Shown piece by piece: positions 39,377-49,348 of a stretch of DNA of 64,000 nucleotides (position 1 is its first letter; every line of letters begins with the position of its first letter). The stretch is from assembly GCA_963704165.1 (NCBI GenBank), contig CAVPHD010000005.1:128001-192000 (forward strand). Reading direction: 5' to 3'. This DNA comes from an uncultured delta proteobacterium. Lineage in GTDB: Bacteria; Myxococcota_A; UBA9160; SZUA-336. Both the position numbers and the translations under genes were made by a program. The notes below the pieces were generated by a model. The model made no database searches and was not told where the DNA came from. It was given only the letters and a program-made list of their open reading frames with translations.

Positions 39377-40921
39377 ATGACGAAACCGCCCGAGAGCGAG
39401 CTGTACGTCGGGCGCGCGCCCGTCAGCGTCGATGATCTGCTCGCATTGGCGCGCTTCGAGCGAACGCCGGTGCTGTGGAGTGATCCGGGGTATCGCGAGC
39501 GCTTGCACAGTGCATTTCATGCCTTCGAGCGGCAGCTGGAACGGGGTCTGCCGGTCTACGGAGTGACCACGGGCGTCGGCGCCGCGGTGACGAACGCCGT
39601 TCCCGCCGAGCACCGGGACGCGATCGCTCCAATCCTCATCGCGTCGCTGGGAGTCGGAACGGGACGGAACCTCGACCCGCGCGAGGCCGCAGCCGTCGTC
39701 GCCGCGCGTCTCGTCTCTCTGGCGTCTGGACACTCGGGAGTGCGTCCACTCGTGCTCGAACGGCTTTGTGATTTCTTGAATGCGCGACTGCTGCCGCGGA
39801 TTCCCGAAGAGGGATCGGTCGGCGCGAGCGGTGACCTCGCGCCGCTCTCCTACCTCGCGGCCGCGCTCATCGGAACGCGCGAGGTCACGCTCGAGGGACG
39901 CACGATTCCGGCGGCCGAGGCGCATGCCGAGCTCGGACTCGAGCCGCTCGTCCTGCTGCCCCGGGAGGCTCTGTCGCTGGTCAACGGAACGAGCGTGATG
40001 ACGGCGCTCGGCTGTCTCGCTCTTCACGACGCTTTTCGCCTCGCTCGACTCGCGTGCGCGTTGACCGCGATTGCGAGCCGCGTCGTACACGGCAACCCCG
40101 CGCATTTCGATGCGCGACTCGCGGCCTGGAAGCCGCACGCGGGTCAAGTACGCGCGACGTCCTTCATCGCGGAGGACCTCGAGTACGATCCGGCCCGGCC
40201 CTTGCCGCGGCCCGCGCGGCTGCAGGATCGCTATTCGATCCGCTGCGCGCCTCACGTGATCGGTGTGCTCTTCGACGCTGCGGAGCTCACGCGTGGGGTG
40301 CTCGAGATCGAGCTGAACTCCGCAAACGACAATCCGCTCGTCGATCCGACGACGGGCGACGTTCTCCACGGCGGGAACTTCTACGGTGGCCACGTCTGCT
40401 TCGCGCTCGACGCGCTCAAGGCCGCCGTGGCGAGCGTCGCGGATCTGCTCGACCGACAGCTCGCGCTGCTGTGCAGTGCCGATGCGACGGATGGGCTGCC
40501 CGCGAACCTGATCGCCGTCGATGGACCCGCGCGGCCGATCCAGAGCGGCTTCAAGGCGATGCAGCTCGCGGCGTCCGCGCTCACGGCCGAGGCTCAGAAG
40601 CTGACACTGCCGGCCGCTGCGTTCAGCCGCAGCACGGAATCGCACAATCAGGACAAAGTGAGTCTGGGCACGATCGCCGCCCGCGACGCGCGCCGAGTGC
40701 TCGAGCTCGCCGAGACCGTCGCCGCGATCCAGCTGATCGCCTGCTGCCAGGCCATCGAGCTGCGACCCGAGGATCGCGCCAGCCGACGCGGGTACGCGTT
40801 GCTCGAGGCTTTGCGAAAGCACGTTCCGATGCTGCGCGAGGACCGACGACAGGATCAGGACATCGCCGGTGTGCTGGGCTTGCTGCGCGGAGATCTTCTC
40901 CCGCTCGGACCGCTCTCCTAG
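39377..40921 (+). CDS. Aromatic amino acid ammonia-lyase (HAL/PAL/TAL, MIO-dependent)
   Basis: YGVTTG, GSVGASGDLAPL, NGT, QDRYSIRC, NDNP, HGGNF, HNQDKVS. Alternative start GTG 39311. Confidence 0.92.
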   Translation: MTKPPESELYVGRAPVSVDDLLALARFERTPVLWSDPGYRERLHSAFHAFERQLERGLPVYGVTTGVGAAVTNAVPAEHRDAIAPILIASLGVGTGRNLDPREAAAVVAARLVSLASGHSGVRPLVLERLCDFLNARLLPRIPEEGSVGASGDLAPLSYLAAALIGTREVTLEGRTIPAAEAHAELGLEPLVLLPREALSLVNGTSVMTALGCLALHDAFRLARLACALTAIASRVVHGNPAHFDARLAAWKPHAGQVRATSFIAEDLEYDPARPLPRPARLQDRYSIRCAPHVIGVLFDAAELTRGVLEIELNSANDNPLVDPTTGDVLHGGNFYGGHVCFALDALKAAVASVADLLDRQLALLCSADATDGLPANLIAVDGPARPIQSGFKAMQLAASALTAEAQKLTLPAAAFSRSTESHNQDKVSLGTIAARDARRVLELAETVAAIQLIACCQAIELRPEDRASRRGYALLEALRKHVPMLREDRRQDQDIAGVLGLLRGDLLPLGPLS

Positions 40922-41017
40922 CTGGGAAACGCCGGCAGCACCGCATCGGGGCACTCCGTCCGCTCGTCCGCCGTGTCAGAATCGCCGAGCGCGGTCACGC
41001 GAGACGAGGAGGCGCTC

Positions 41018-42149
41018 ATGCTATCGAAGTTCGACGACTACCCGATCCACCAGACCGCGGAGCCGATCGCGGTCCCGGCATCGACCGACCGCAATGCCTA
41101 CGACCGCTACTGGTTCAATGGCTACACGGACGACGGGGAGTTCTACTTCGGTGTCGGGGCGGCGCTGTATCCGAACCTGGGGATCATGGACTGCGGATTC
41201 AGCATCGTCCGCGACGGCGAGCAGCACGCGTTTCACGCCTCGCGCCGGGCGCCGCGCGAGCCGAGCCGCGTCGAGGTGGGTCCGTTCCGGATCGAGATCA
41301 TCGAGCCGCTCCGGGCGCTGCGCGTCGTGCTCGACGCCAACGAGACCGGGCCTCTCCGCCGATCTGCTCTGGATCCCGCGCACGTCGAGCTTCTCCGAGG
41401 GCCAGCAGCGTCAGCGCCGCCGGCGCGGCACGATGGACGCGACGCGCTTCAACCAGTTCGGGCGCTGGCGCGGCGAGATCCGCTACGCGGGACGCACGCT
41501 CGCGATCGATCCCGCGCGCGTCTACGGAACGAAGGACCGCTCGTGGGGCGTTCGTCCCGGTCGGCGATCCCGGACCCGGGCGGCGCGCCAGCCGTCGCCG
41601 GGCGAGCCGAGCGGGATCTTCTTCCTCTGGGCGCCGCTGCACTGGAAGCATCGCTGCACCCATGCGGGCATCTTCGAGACCAATGCCGGCGTGCGCTGGC
41701 ACTGGAACGGAGCGACCGTGCCCGTCTACGACGATCCGGAGAAGATCCCGCTCGTCGATGACCCGGGACTCGCGGCCGCTGCTCGCGGTCGATCACAAGC
41801 TCGAGTACGTCCCCGGCACGCGCCGCGCGAGCGCGCGCCGTGATCACGAAGGTCGAGCTCGACGGCACACGCAACGAGATCGAGCTGCTCGCCGCTCACC
41901 TGCTTCCGGATGAAGGGCATCGGCTACCAGCATCCCGTCTGGGGCCACGGCAAGTGGCACGGCGAGCTCGCGATCGGCGGCGAGTCGTGGAAGTGCTCCG
42001 ATCTCGACGAGATCGCCCTCGAGAATCAGCACATCCAGCAGGTCATGCGCGCGCGCTGGGGCAACGACATCGGCGTCGGGGTTCTCGAGCAGATCTGCAT
42101 CGGGCCGTATCCGAAGTACGGGCTCAAGGGCTTGCTCGATCCGGCCTGA
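41018..42149 (+). CDS. Conserved hypothetical beta-rich protein, several apparent frameshifts
   Basis: GAGGAGG SD; DDYPIHQT...YDRYWFNG, KDRSWGVRP, MKGIGYQHPVWGHG...EQICIGP distributed over different frames. Confidence 0.7.
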
Positions 42150-42150
42150 G

Positions 42151-43911
42151 TCAGCGCACCGGGCTGTTCAGCCAGAGTCGTTCCGCGATCGCGTTCTGCC
42201 CGGCGATGCTCGGGTGGAAGCAATCGCTTCCGTTGATCTCGTTCGGCCCGAACGCGATCGTGCCGACCGAGGGCAGGGTTTCTCCGCGGTATTCGGCGAC
42301 CACGCGCAGGCCGCGCGGGTTCTGACCGTTCGCGTTCGAGGCGTACGCCTCCGCCGTCTCGACCAGGATCTCGTTGTAGCGTCGCTGCCGCTCCGCGATC
42401 GCGCCGAGTCGGACGGACTGCGTCTCGGAGTTGGGCGTGCCCGGGTCGGTGGCGACGCGGCAGATGTCGAAGACCTCCCAGGCGAGTTCGCAGTCCACGT
42501 TCGACGACAGGCTCTGCTTCGCGAGGCCGGCGGCCGGCAGATCCTGCACGCGCGGGACGCTGCCGAGGTAGATCGTCGCCCCGTCGGGCAATCCGGCGGT
42601 CAGTGCGCTCAGACCCAGCTCGACGGCATCGCGCCACTCCGTGTCCGTGAACAGTGGCTGTGGACAGGCGCCGGGGATCGCGCAGCCGCGGCTGCAGATG
42701 TCGTTCCCGCCGAGCAGCACGATCGCGAAATCCGGAAGCGGGTTCTGCGCGAGGATCCGGTTCGCCTGGATCGCGAAACTGTCGCTGCCGCCGCGCATGC
42801 GCGCGCCGCTCGCGGCGGCGGACCCGACCGCCAGGATCGTGGGATCGAAGAAACGATAGCGGGTGCGAAGGTCGAAGACGCTCGAAGAGCTGCCGTTGAA
42901 GTAGGAGTACTCTGGCTGCTCTGCGCCGCCGAGCGCGCATTCGAGCAGACACGAGAGGCCGAGGTTGCACTCGCAGCTCGCGGCGAATCCGCGCGTGATG
43001 CTGTCGCCCGCCACGGCCATCCGAACGGGCAACTCGCCCGCGCCGACCGACGCCCGGCAGACGGGTTCGAGCGACGCGCTTCCCGCGAGCGCCGCTCGCA
43101 ATCGCGAAGCATCGAGCACGTCGCAGTCCATCGACCCGCCGGCGACGCTGCACTTCGCGGGATCGAAGACCCCCGGAGCGAGCATCGCGAGCGACCGCCG
43201 GAGGACGACCGCGTCCGCGATGTCGATCCGGCCGTCGTTCTGCGTGTCGCCGCACTCGCACGCGTCACCGATCCCGTTCACGGGCAGGCTCGAGTCGAGC
43301 TGGCTCGGGTTCGAGACGAACGGGCAGTTGTCGAAGAGGTTCGCGAGCCCGTCGCCGTCGAAATCCGAGTTCGACTGCGCGTTCGCCGGGTGGACCCCGA
43401 AGAGCGTCAGCGCGAGGGCGAGCAGGAGAACGAGCTTCTTCGTCGCGAACAGGGTCGGCGCGTGCCAGCCGCCGAAGCCGAACTCGCGGTAGAGCTTCTG
43501 CGCGCCGGTGTTCGTCTGGTGAACCTCGAGCGTCATCTTGCAGCAGCCTCGCGCCCGGGCGCGGCGCTCCGCCTCCTCGAGCAGCGCGCGCCCCACGCCG
43601 CGGCCGCGGTGCGCGGGGAGCACGGCGAGGTCGTGCACGTTCAGGAAGTCGCGGCCGGCGAACGTCGAGAAGCCGAAGAAGCAGACCGCGGCACCCACCG
43701 GGGCGTCGTCGAGGAAGGCGAGCAGTACGAACGTCTGCGGGTGGGCGCGCAGTCCCGGCACGAGCGCGTCCCGGACCCCGTCCGCGAGCGCCGCGTTCTG
43801 TCCGCCGGGCTCGCGCGCGTACGCGTCGAGGATCGCGAAGAGCGCGTCGGCGTCGCTCGCGCTTTCGAGGTCGGCGTCGCGGATCGCGACCGCGCTCGGA
43901 GTCGATTTCAT
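42151..43911 (-). CDS. GNAT acetyltransferase fused to signal/TM segment, TSP3-like repeat, dockerin-like motif and SGNH/GDSL hydrolase (586 aa)
   Basis: No stop between NVHDLAV..RGRGVG..N..A..LY..GF (GNAT) and DFDGDG..DNCP, GDTQNDGRIDIADA, AGDSIT, GGND, DCFHPS. Confidence 0.8.
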   Translation of the reverse strand: MKSTPSAVAIRDADLESASDADALFAILDAYAREPGGQNAALADGVRDALVPGLRAHPQTFVLLAFLDDAPVGAAVCFFGFSTFAGRDFLNVHDLAVLPAHRGRGVGRALLEEAERRARARGCCKMTLEVHQTNTGAQKLYREFGFGGWHAPTLFATKKLVLLLALALTLFGVHPANAQSNSDFDGDGLANLFDNCPFVSNPSQLDSSLPVNGIGDACECGDTQNDGRIDIADAVVLRRSLAMLAPGVFDPAKCSVAGGSMDCDVLDASRLRAALAGSASLEPVCRASVGAGELPVRMAVAGDSITRGFAASCECNLGLSCLLECALGGAEQPEYSYFNGSSSSVFDLRTRYRFFDPTILAVGSAAASGARMRGGSDSFAIQANRILAQNPLPDFAIVLLGGNDICSRGCAIPGACPQPLFTDTEWRDAVELGLSALTAGLPDGATIYLGSVPRVQDLPAAGLAKQSLSSNVDCELAWEVFDICRVATDPGTPNSETQSVRLGAIAERQRRYNEILVETAEAYASNANGQNPRGLRVVAEYRGETLPSVGTIAFGPNEINGSDCFHPSIAGQNAIAERLWLNSPVR

Positions 43912-43992
43912 CTCGGTCTTCCCTTCACTGCTCCGAGCATACGATTCGCAGCGCTGGTCTTCGACGCCGTCGCTGGATAGCATCGATCCGAC

Positions 43993-45174
43993 GTGACTGC
44001 GCACGGGCACGATCACGGTATCGCCGAACCCGAGATCCGGGAGGATCTCCGCACCGCCCATCGGATGGTGCTCGAGTACTTCCGCCGGCCGGGGAACTGG
44101 TTCACCGGCGCGCAGCGCAGCTCCATCGTTGGCGAGGCGAGACTGGCGAAGCGCTGTCCGCTCTGTCGCGCTCGCAAGGCCGGGCCATCGCCGGAGCACG
44201 CGAGTGGCGCCCACGAAACCACGGGTGAGCTTCCCGAGGCGCTCGTCGACCTGGTCCACCGCGTGCGGACGGACCCGGGCCGGCTTTCGCGAACCGTGTT
44301 CGACGCGACGCTCGCGGCCGGTGGCTCGGTCGGCGAGTACGTCGAGGCGGTGGGTATCGTCGCCCTCGCCGCGGGGCTCGACAGCCAGTGCCGCGCGTTG
44401 GGAATCCCGGACTTCCGTCTGCTCGAGCCGCTGCCCGGCGAACCGTCGCGAGTGCTGCCGAGGGGGCTCGAGGCGGGACGAGCCTGGGTGCCGACGCTGC
44501 CGCCCGACGCCGCGACCGGTTCCGAGGCCGACCTCTACGGGGGAGCGAGCTTCGTTCCCAACATCGTGCGCGCGCTCTCCTGCGTGCCGGACCACGTCCG
44601 CGTGCTTCGGACGTGGATCGACGCGCACTACGTCTCGCTCCTGGATCTCGGGGCGAGACGCGCGATCGATCGCATGCAGATCGAGCTCGTCGCCTCGCGC
44701 GTCTCGGCGCTGAACGAGTGTTTCTACTGAACCACCTCGCACGCGACGCTGCTCCGTGCGAGCGGCAAGCTGAATGGGGTCGAGATCGATCTGGCGCAAG
44801 TCAACGATGGAGCGGTGCACGGCGACGGCGGTGTCGCGCACGGCGCGCGATTGACCGCCTTCACGGACGCCGTCATGGCGGACGACGACGAGGAGCTCGT
44901 CGCTCGTCGGAGGGAGCTTTGCGCCGTGCTCTCGGCCGAAGCGTTCGTCGACACCTGCGCGACGATCGGCGCCTTCAACGTCGTCGATCGGATCGCGGAC
45001 GCGACCGGAATCCGGCTCGATGACCGGATGATCGGCATGAGCGCGCAGGTCAGGGACGAGCTCTCGCTCGGACGCTTCGGGTCCTCGGCCAACACGTTCG
45101 GAGCGGACGCCGCTAGCGATACGCGGCGGCCTGAATCCCGTACAGCTCCGAGTAGGTCCCGCGACGGGCCATGA
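43993..45174 (+). CDS. AhpD/carboxymuconolactone decarboxylase-like probable selenoprotein (Sec at codon 246, TGA 44728-44730)
   Basis: QIELVASRVSALNECFY-TGA-TTSH; frame stays open for 147 more codons with an AhpD-like C-terminal part (FNVVDRIADATG); hairpin immediately downstream. Confidence 0.82.
44731..44765 (+). promoter_or_regulatory. Candidate bacterial SECIS element
   Basis: CTCGCACG (44736-43) pairs perfectly with CGTGCGAG (44755-62), starting 5 nt after the TGA. Confidence 0.6.
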
Positions 45175-46894
45175 GCTCCTCGTGCGTTCCGGTCTCGACC
45201 ACGCGTGCGCCATCGAGCACGACGATCCGGTCGGCCATGCGCACGGTGCTGAAGCGGTGTGAGACGAGAACCGTGATCTGTTCGCCGCGCGAGGCCTTCG
45301 CGTAACGCTCGAACAGCGCGTGCTCGGTCTCGGCGTCGAGAGCCGCGGTCGGCTCGTCGAGGATCAGCACGAGCGGTTTCTCGCGCATGAAGCCGCGCGC
45401 GAGCGCGAGCTTCTGCCACTGGCCGAACGAGAGCTCGACGCCCTCGGGCCAGCTCGGACCGAGCTGTGTTTCGAGCCCGGCTTCGAGCCGCGCGACGACA
45501 TCGTCCGCTCCGGCCCGGTCGACGGCCGAGTGAACGGCGGGCTCGTCGTCGAGTCGCGGCAGGTCCCCCACGCCGACGCTGTGCCTCGTCCGGAACTCGA
45601 AGCGGAAGAAGTCCTGGAACGCTCCTGCGAGCCGTGCACGCCACGCGTCGGCCGGCATACGCGACAGGTCCACGCCGTCGACGAGGATTCGGCCGCGTGT
45701 CGGAGAGTAGAGGCGGCACAGGAGCTTCACGAGCGTGCTCTTTCCGGCGCCGTTCTCGCCGACGATCGCGACCACCGAGCCCGGCTCGAGCTCGAGATTC
45801 ACGTCGTCGAGAATCAGGCGTTCCGTGCCGGGATACGCGAACGACACGTGCTCGAACCGGAGGCCGCGTTCGATCCGATCGGGAACGCGCTCGTCCGCAT
45901 CTCGCACGAGCGACTCCGCGTAGTCCTCGAGCCACGCCATGCGCACCGAGCCGTCGAGCCAGATCCCGCGCAGGAAACCGATCTCGCCCACCGTCGCGCC
46001 GATGTACGCCGAGAGGCGCGCGCCCGCCGCGAGCACGAGCAGCACGCTCCCGGGCGAGGTCGGTTGCAGGGACGAGACGAACACGATCGAGCCCACGTAC
46101 CCGAAGCCGAAGATCGCCCAGGCGAGCGCGTGCCACGCGGCGCTCTCGAATCGCGCGCGCGCGACCGGTCGATACCAGCGTTCCCACGCCTCGCGCCTTC
46201 GCGTCACCAGTCGCTCGCCGACCCGCATCACCCGCACTTCCTTTCCCGGCGGCGCGGTCGTTGCGGTGTCGAAGAGATGGCGCGCGAGGCGGTTCGCCGA
46301 GGCGCCGCGTTCCTCGGCCACACGCTCGACACCCGGCCGCCAGCTCGCGGTGAGCACGGTCGGCAGCGCCAGCACGGCGAGCAGCGCCAGCGCGGGGTGG
46401 ATCGAGACGAGCAACGCGAGCGTCACGCCGAGGCGCAGCACCCAGCCGCACGTGGTGAAGAGCGACATGTACATGTGGTCGAGCACGAAGACCTGATTGC
46501 GAAGCACCGCGAGCCGGTCGAGGTAGTCGGGTCGCTCGTGGTGCGCGATCGTGGCCACGCTCGCCTGCAGGTTTGCGACGTGGGACTCGAGCGCGATCGT
46601 CACCTGGTCGCGGAAACGCCGCTGCGTCCGGTCGCTGACCACGCGCAGGAACCAGGTCGCCGCGGCCGAGGCGCCGAGTCCGACGGACGCTGCGAGCACG
46701 AGCGTGCGGTCGCCCGCGACCAGACCGTCGGCCAGGAACTTGAACAGCAGCGCAAGCAGCGCGTCGGGCAGCGCCGCGAGCAGCGACAACCCGAACGAGA
46801 CCGAGAGCAGCAACGGCTCGGCCTGGTAGCCACGCTGGAGCGCCCGCCACATCGACGGCAGTGCCGCGGGAAGCGGGATCTCAGTCGAGGACAT
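45113..46894 (-). CDS. ABC exporter, fused TMD-NBD half transporter
   Basis: GENGAGKS, signature LSFGQ, ILDEPT, SHRFSTV. Confidence 0.92.
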   Translation of the reverse strand: MSSTEIPLPAALPSMWRALQRGYQAEPLLLSVSFGLSLLAALPDALLALLFKFLADGLVAGDRTLVLAASVGLGASAAATWFLRVVSDRTQRRFRDQVTIALESHVANLQASVATIAHHERPDYLDRLAVLRNQVFVLDHMYMSLFTTCGWVLRLGVTLALLVSIHPALALLAVLALPTVLTASWRPGVERVAEERGASANRLARHLFDTATTAPPGKEVRVMRVGERLVTRRREAWERWYRPVARARFESAAWHALAWAIFGFGYVGSIVFVSSLQPTSPGSVLLVLAAGARLSAYIGATVGEIGFLRGIWLDGSVRMAWLEDYAESLVRDADERVPDRIERGLRFEHVSFAYPGTERLILDDVNLELEPGSVVAIVGENGAGKSTLVKLLCRLYSPTRGRILVDGVDLSRMPADAWRARLAGAFQDFFRFEFRTRHSVGVGDLPRLDDEPAVHSAVDRAGADDVVARLEAGLETQLGPSWPEGVELSFGQWQKLALARGFMREKPLVLILDEPTAALDAETEHALFERYAKASRGEQITVLVSHRFSTVRMADRIVVLDGARVVETGTHEELMARRGTYSELYGIQAAAYR

Positions 46895-48677
46895 CGAGCC
46901 CCGCTTCCGCTTCGTCGTCGCCGAAGCGCGACGCCTGCAGGTCGAACATGGTGCGGTAGCGTCCGCCGCGCGCCATCAGCTCGTCGTGCGTGCCGAGTTC
47001 GACGACGGCGCCACGCTCGAGCACGCAGATCCGATCGGCGTGGCGAACGGTCGAGAAGCGGTGCGAGATGAGGATGGTCGTGGTGTGCCGCGTCTCGGCG
47101 AGGATGCGGTCGAAGATCTCGGCTTCGCCGCGCACGTCGAGCTGGGCGGTCGGCTCGTCGAGCAGCACGACGCCGGCGCCGAGCCGCACCGCGCAGAGCG
47201 CGCGTGCGAGCGCAACGCGCTGCCACTGCCCGCCGGAGAGCTCGGTGCCGCCGAAGTAGCCGCGCGCGAGGATCGTGTCGAGATCGGCGAGCCGCGTGGC
47301 GCCGGCGTCTTCGAGCGAAGCACGGATCACGTCGTCGGACGCACCGGCGGGAGCGACGTTGTCGCGAAGCGGCAGCTCGAAGCGCACGAAGTCCTGGAAG
47401 ACCGCGGCCAGGCGCGAGCGCCAGCCGTCGAGGTCGAGCGTGCGAAGGTCGACGCCGTCGATCTCGATCGCTCCCTGCTGCGGGTCGTAGAGCCGGCACA
47501 GGAGCTTCGCGAGCGTCGTCTTGCCCGCACCGTTCTGTCCGACGATCGCGAGCGACGAGCCCGCCGGAATCGTCAGGTCGAAGCCCTCGAGCACCGGCTC
47601 GCCGGTCGTCGGATACGCGAACGTGACGTCGCGGAACCGGATTTCGCGCGCGGGCAAGCCTTCGGCCGAGCGCTCACCGCGCGAGAGCGCTCCGGCTCGC
47701 GCCATCGTGTCCTGAAGTCGGAGCACGGCCGCGGCCGGCGCGGAGGCACCATCGAGCGCCCACGACAGCCCGCCGAACGCGATCATGCTCGCGCCGACCG
47801 CCGCGCTCGCGTAGGTGACGAGCTCCGCGAGCGAGAGGCGCCCGCTCGACGCGTCCGCACCCATCGCGAAGAGCACGACGACGTTCGCCGCGAGCACGAG
47901 CAACAGGCTCCAAAGCACCGGACGCTCGCGGAGCCGGGTCGCCTGCCAGCGAAGCTCGAAGAGCCGACGGCGGCGCGAGCGAAAGCGCTCGATGGTCCAG
48001 TCGGAGAGCCCGAAGAGGCGCAGCTCCTTCGAGGCGGGCGGGTCCACCGCGATCCGATACGCGTAGTCGGCGTGTCGCTGTGCTTCGCGAACCTCGTCGG
48101 TGTTGCGATCGCGCCAGACACCGCTCTCGCGCAGGAGCCAGTGCGTGCCGAGCCAGGCGCCGCCGAGCACGAACGGCGCCCACCACGCATAGCCGAAGAG
48201 GAGGACTGCCGAGGCGAACCCGGCGAGGAACTCGACGAGTCCGCTCGCGATGAAGTCCATCGAGATCGAGAGCGGCGGTCCGCTGATGCCGAGGTCGAAG
48301 TCCCGCGCCATCGCGAGGTCGTTCGTCAGCTCCGAATCCTCCAGATGCCCCATGCCCGGCGGGCGAACACAGGCGATCGCGAGCCGGTCGTAGAGCCAGG
48401 CGGCCGTGCGACTGCCCAGGTTCGTACCCAGAGCCTGGTGGAGCGGAGCGAGGACCTGGAGCCCCACGAAAACGACACCGACGAGTGTCAGAGGAAGTGC
48501 GAGCGAGGCACCGCTCTGGACGGCTCCGACGAGCGCGCCCATCGCCACCGCGAAGAGCGCCGGCAGGAGCCCCCGCAGCGCGAGCACGAGCCACCAGAGG
48601 TAGGCGAGCGCACGATCGGCGTGCGGAAGGACTCCCGCGAACTTCCACTCGTCGCGCTCGCGCAGTCCTTCGATCAC
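46881..48677 (-). CDS. ABC exporter, fused TMD-NBD half transporter
   Basis: GQNGAGKT, LSGGQ, LLDEPT, SHRFSTV. Confidence 0.92.
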   Translation of the reverse strand: MIEGLRERDEWKFAGVLPHADRALAYLWWLVLALRGLLPALFAVAMGALVGAVQSGASLALPLTLVGVVFVGLQVLAPLHQALGTNLGSRTAAWLYDRLAIACVRPPGMGHLEDSELTNDLAMARDFDLGISGPPLSISMDFIASGLVEFLAGFASAVLLFGYAWWAPFVLGGAWLGTHWLLRESGVWRDRNTDEVREAQRHADYAYRIAVDPPASKELRLFGLSDWTIERFRSRRRRLFELRWQATRLRERPVLWSLLLVLAANVVVLFAMGADASSGRLSLAELVTYASAAVGASMIAFGGLSWALDGASAPAAAVLRLQDTMARAGALSRGERSAEGLPAREIRFRDVTFAYPTTGEPVLEGFDLTIPAGSSLAIVGQNGAGKTTLAKLLCRLYDPQQGAIEIDGVDLRTLDLDGWRSRLAAVFQDFVRFELPLRDNVAPAGASDDVIRASLEDAGATRLADLDTILARGYFGGTELSGGQWQRVALARALCAVRLGAGVVLLDEPTAQLDVRGEAEIFDRILAETRHTTTILISHRFSTVRHADRICVLERGAVVELGTHDELMARGGRYRTMFDLQASRFGDDEAEAGLDVLD

Positions 48678-48696
48678 TCGTCGAACTCCAGCGCGC

Positions 48697-49311
48697 TCAG
48701 CTTGGAACGGCCATGCCCTTCACGACCGCGGGGCGCGCGGCGATTCGCTCGAGCCAGGCTACCACGCGCGGCAGCTTGATCAGGTCGGGCATCTTCAGCT
48801 GCAGCGGAAACGAGAGCCACGGGTAGTGCATGATGTCGCCGATCGAGTAATCGCCGGCGAGATACGGACGTCCGTCGGCGAGGATCCGATCGAGCACGCC
48901 GTACAGGCGCGCCATCTCGGCGGAGAAGATCTGGATCATCTCGGAGTTCTTCTCGCCTTCCTTCCGGAGCGCCGCGCCGAGACGACCGAGATTCGGACCG
49001 ACGCCCCCGGTCTGGAAGAACGCGAGCTCGATGGCCTGGCTCCGCTTGCGCGCCTCCTTCGGCAAGATCGACCCCTTCGGATCGTGCTTCTCGCCGAGGT
49101 GCAGCAGGATCGCGCCCGATTCCCAGATCGCGAGCCCGTCGTCCTCGAGCACGGGGATCTTGTGGTTCGGATTCAGCGCGAGGAATTCGGGCTTCATCTG
49201 TTCGTTCGCGCCGAGATCGACCTTGCGCACCTCGTAGGCGAGCCCGAGCTCTTCGAGCGCGATCGAGATCTTGCGGCCGTTCGGCGTCATCCAGGTGTGA
49301 AGGCGGAGCAT
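48697..49311 (-). CDS. Glutathione S-transferase family protein (Nu class, YfcG-like)
   Basis: TPNGRKISIALEE, NPNHKIP, ESGAIL, YSIGDI. Confidence 0.9.
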   Translation of the reverse strand: MLRLHTWMTPNGRKISIALEELGLAYEVRKVDLGANEQMKPEFLALNPNHKIPVLEDDGLAIWESGAILLHLGEKHDPKGSILPKEARKRSQAIELAFFQTGGVGPNLGRLGAALRKEGEKNSEMIQIFSAEMARLYGVLDRILADGRPYLAGDYSIGDIMHYPWLSFPLQLKMPDLIKLPRVVAWLERIAARPAVVKGMAVPS

Positions 49312-49348
49312 CGGATTCTCCTCGGTGGGTTGGCTTATACTGCCGCGC

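Noticed and set aside
43912..45213. N-terminal 430 aa of the 1020-aa minus-strand ORF
   Set aside because: Antisense shadow of the AhpD-like gene; real coding begins at ATG 43911.
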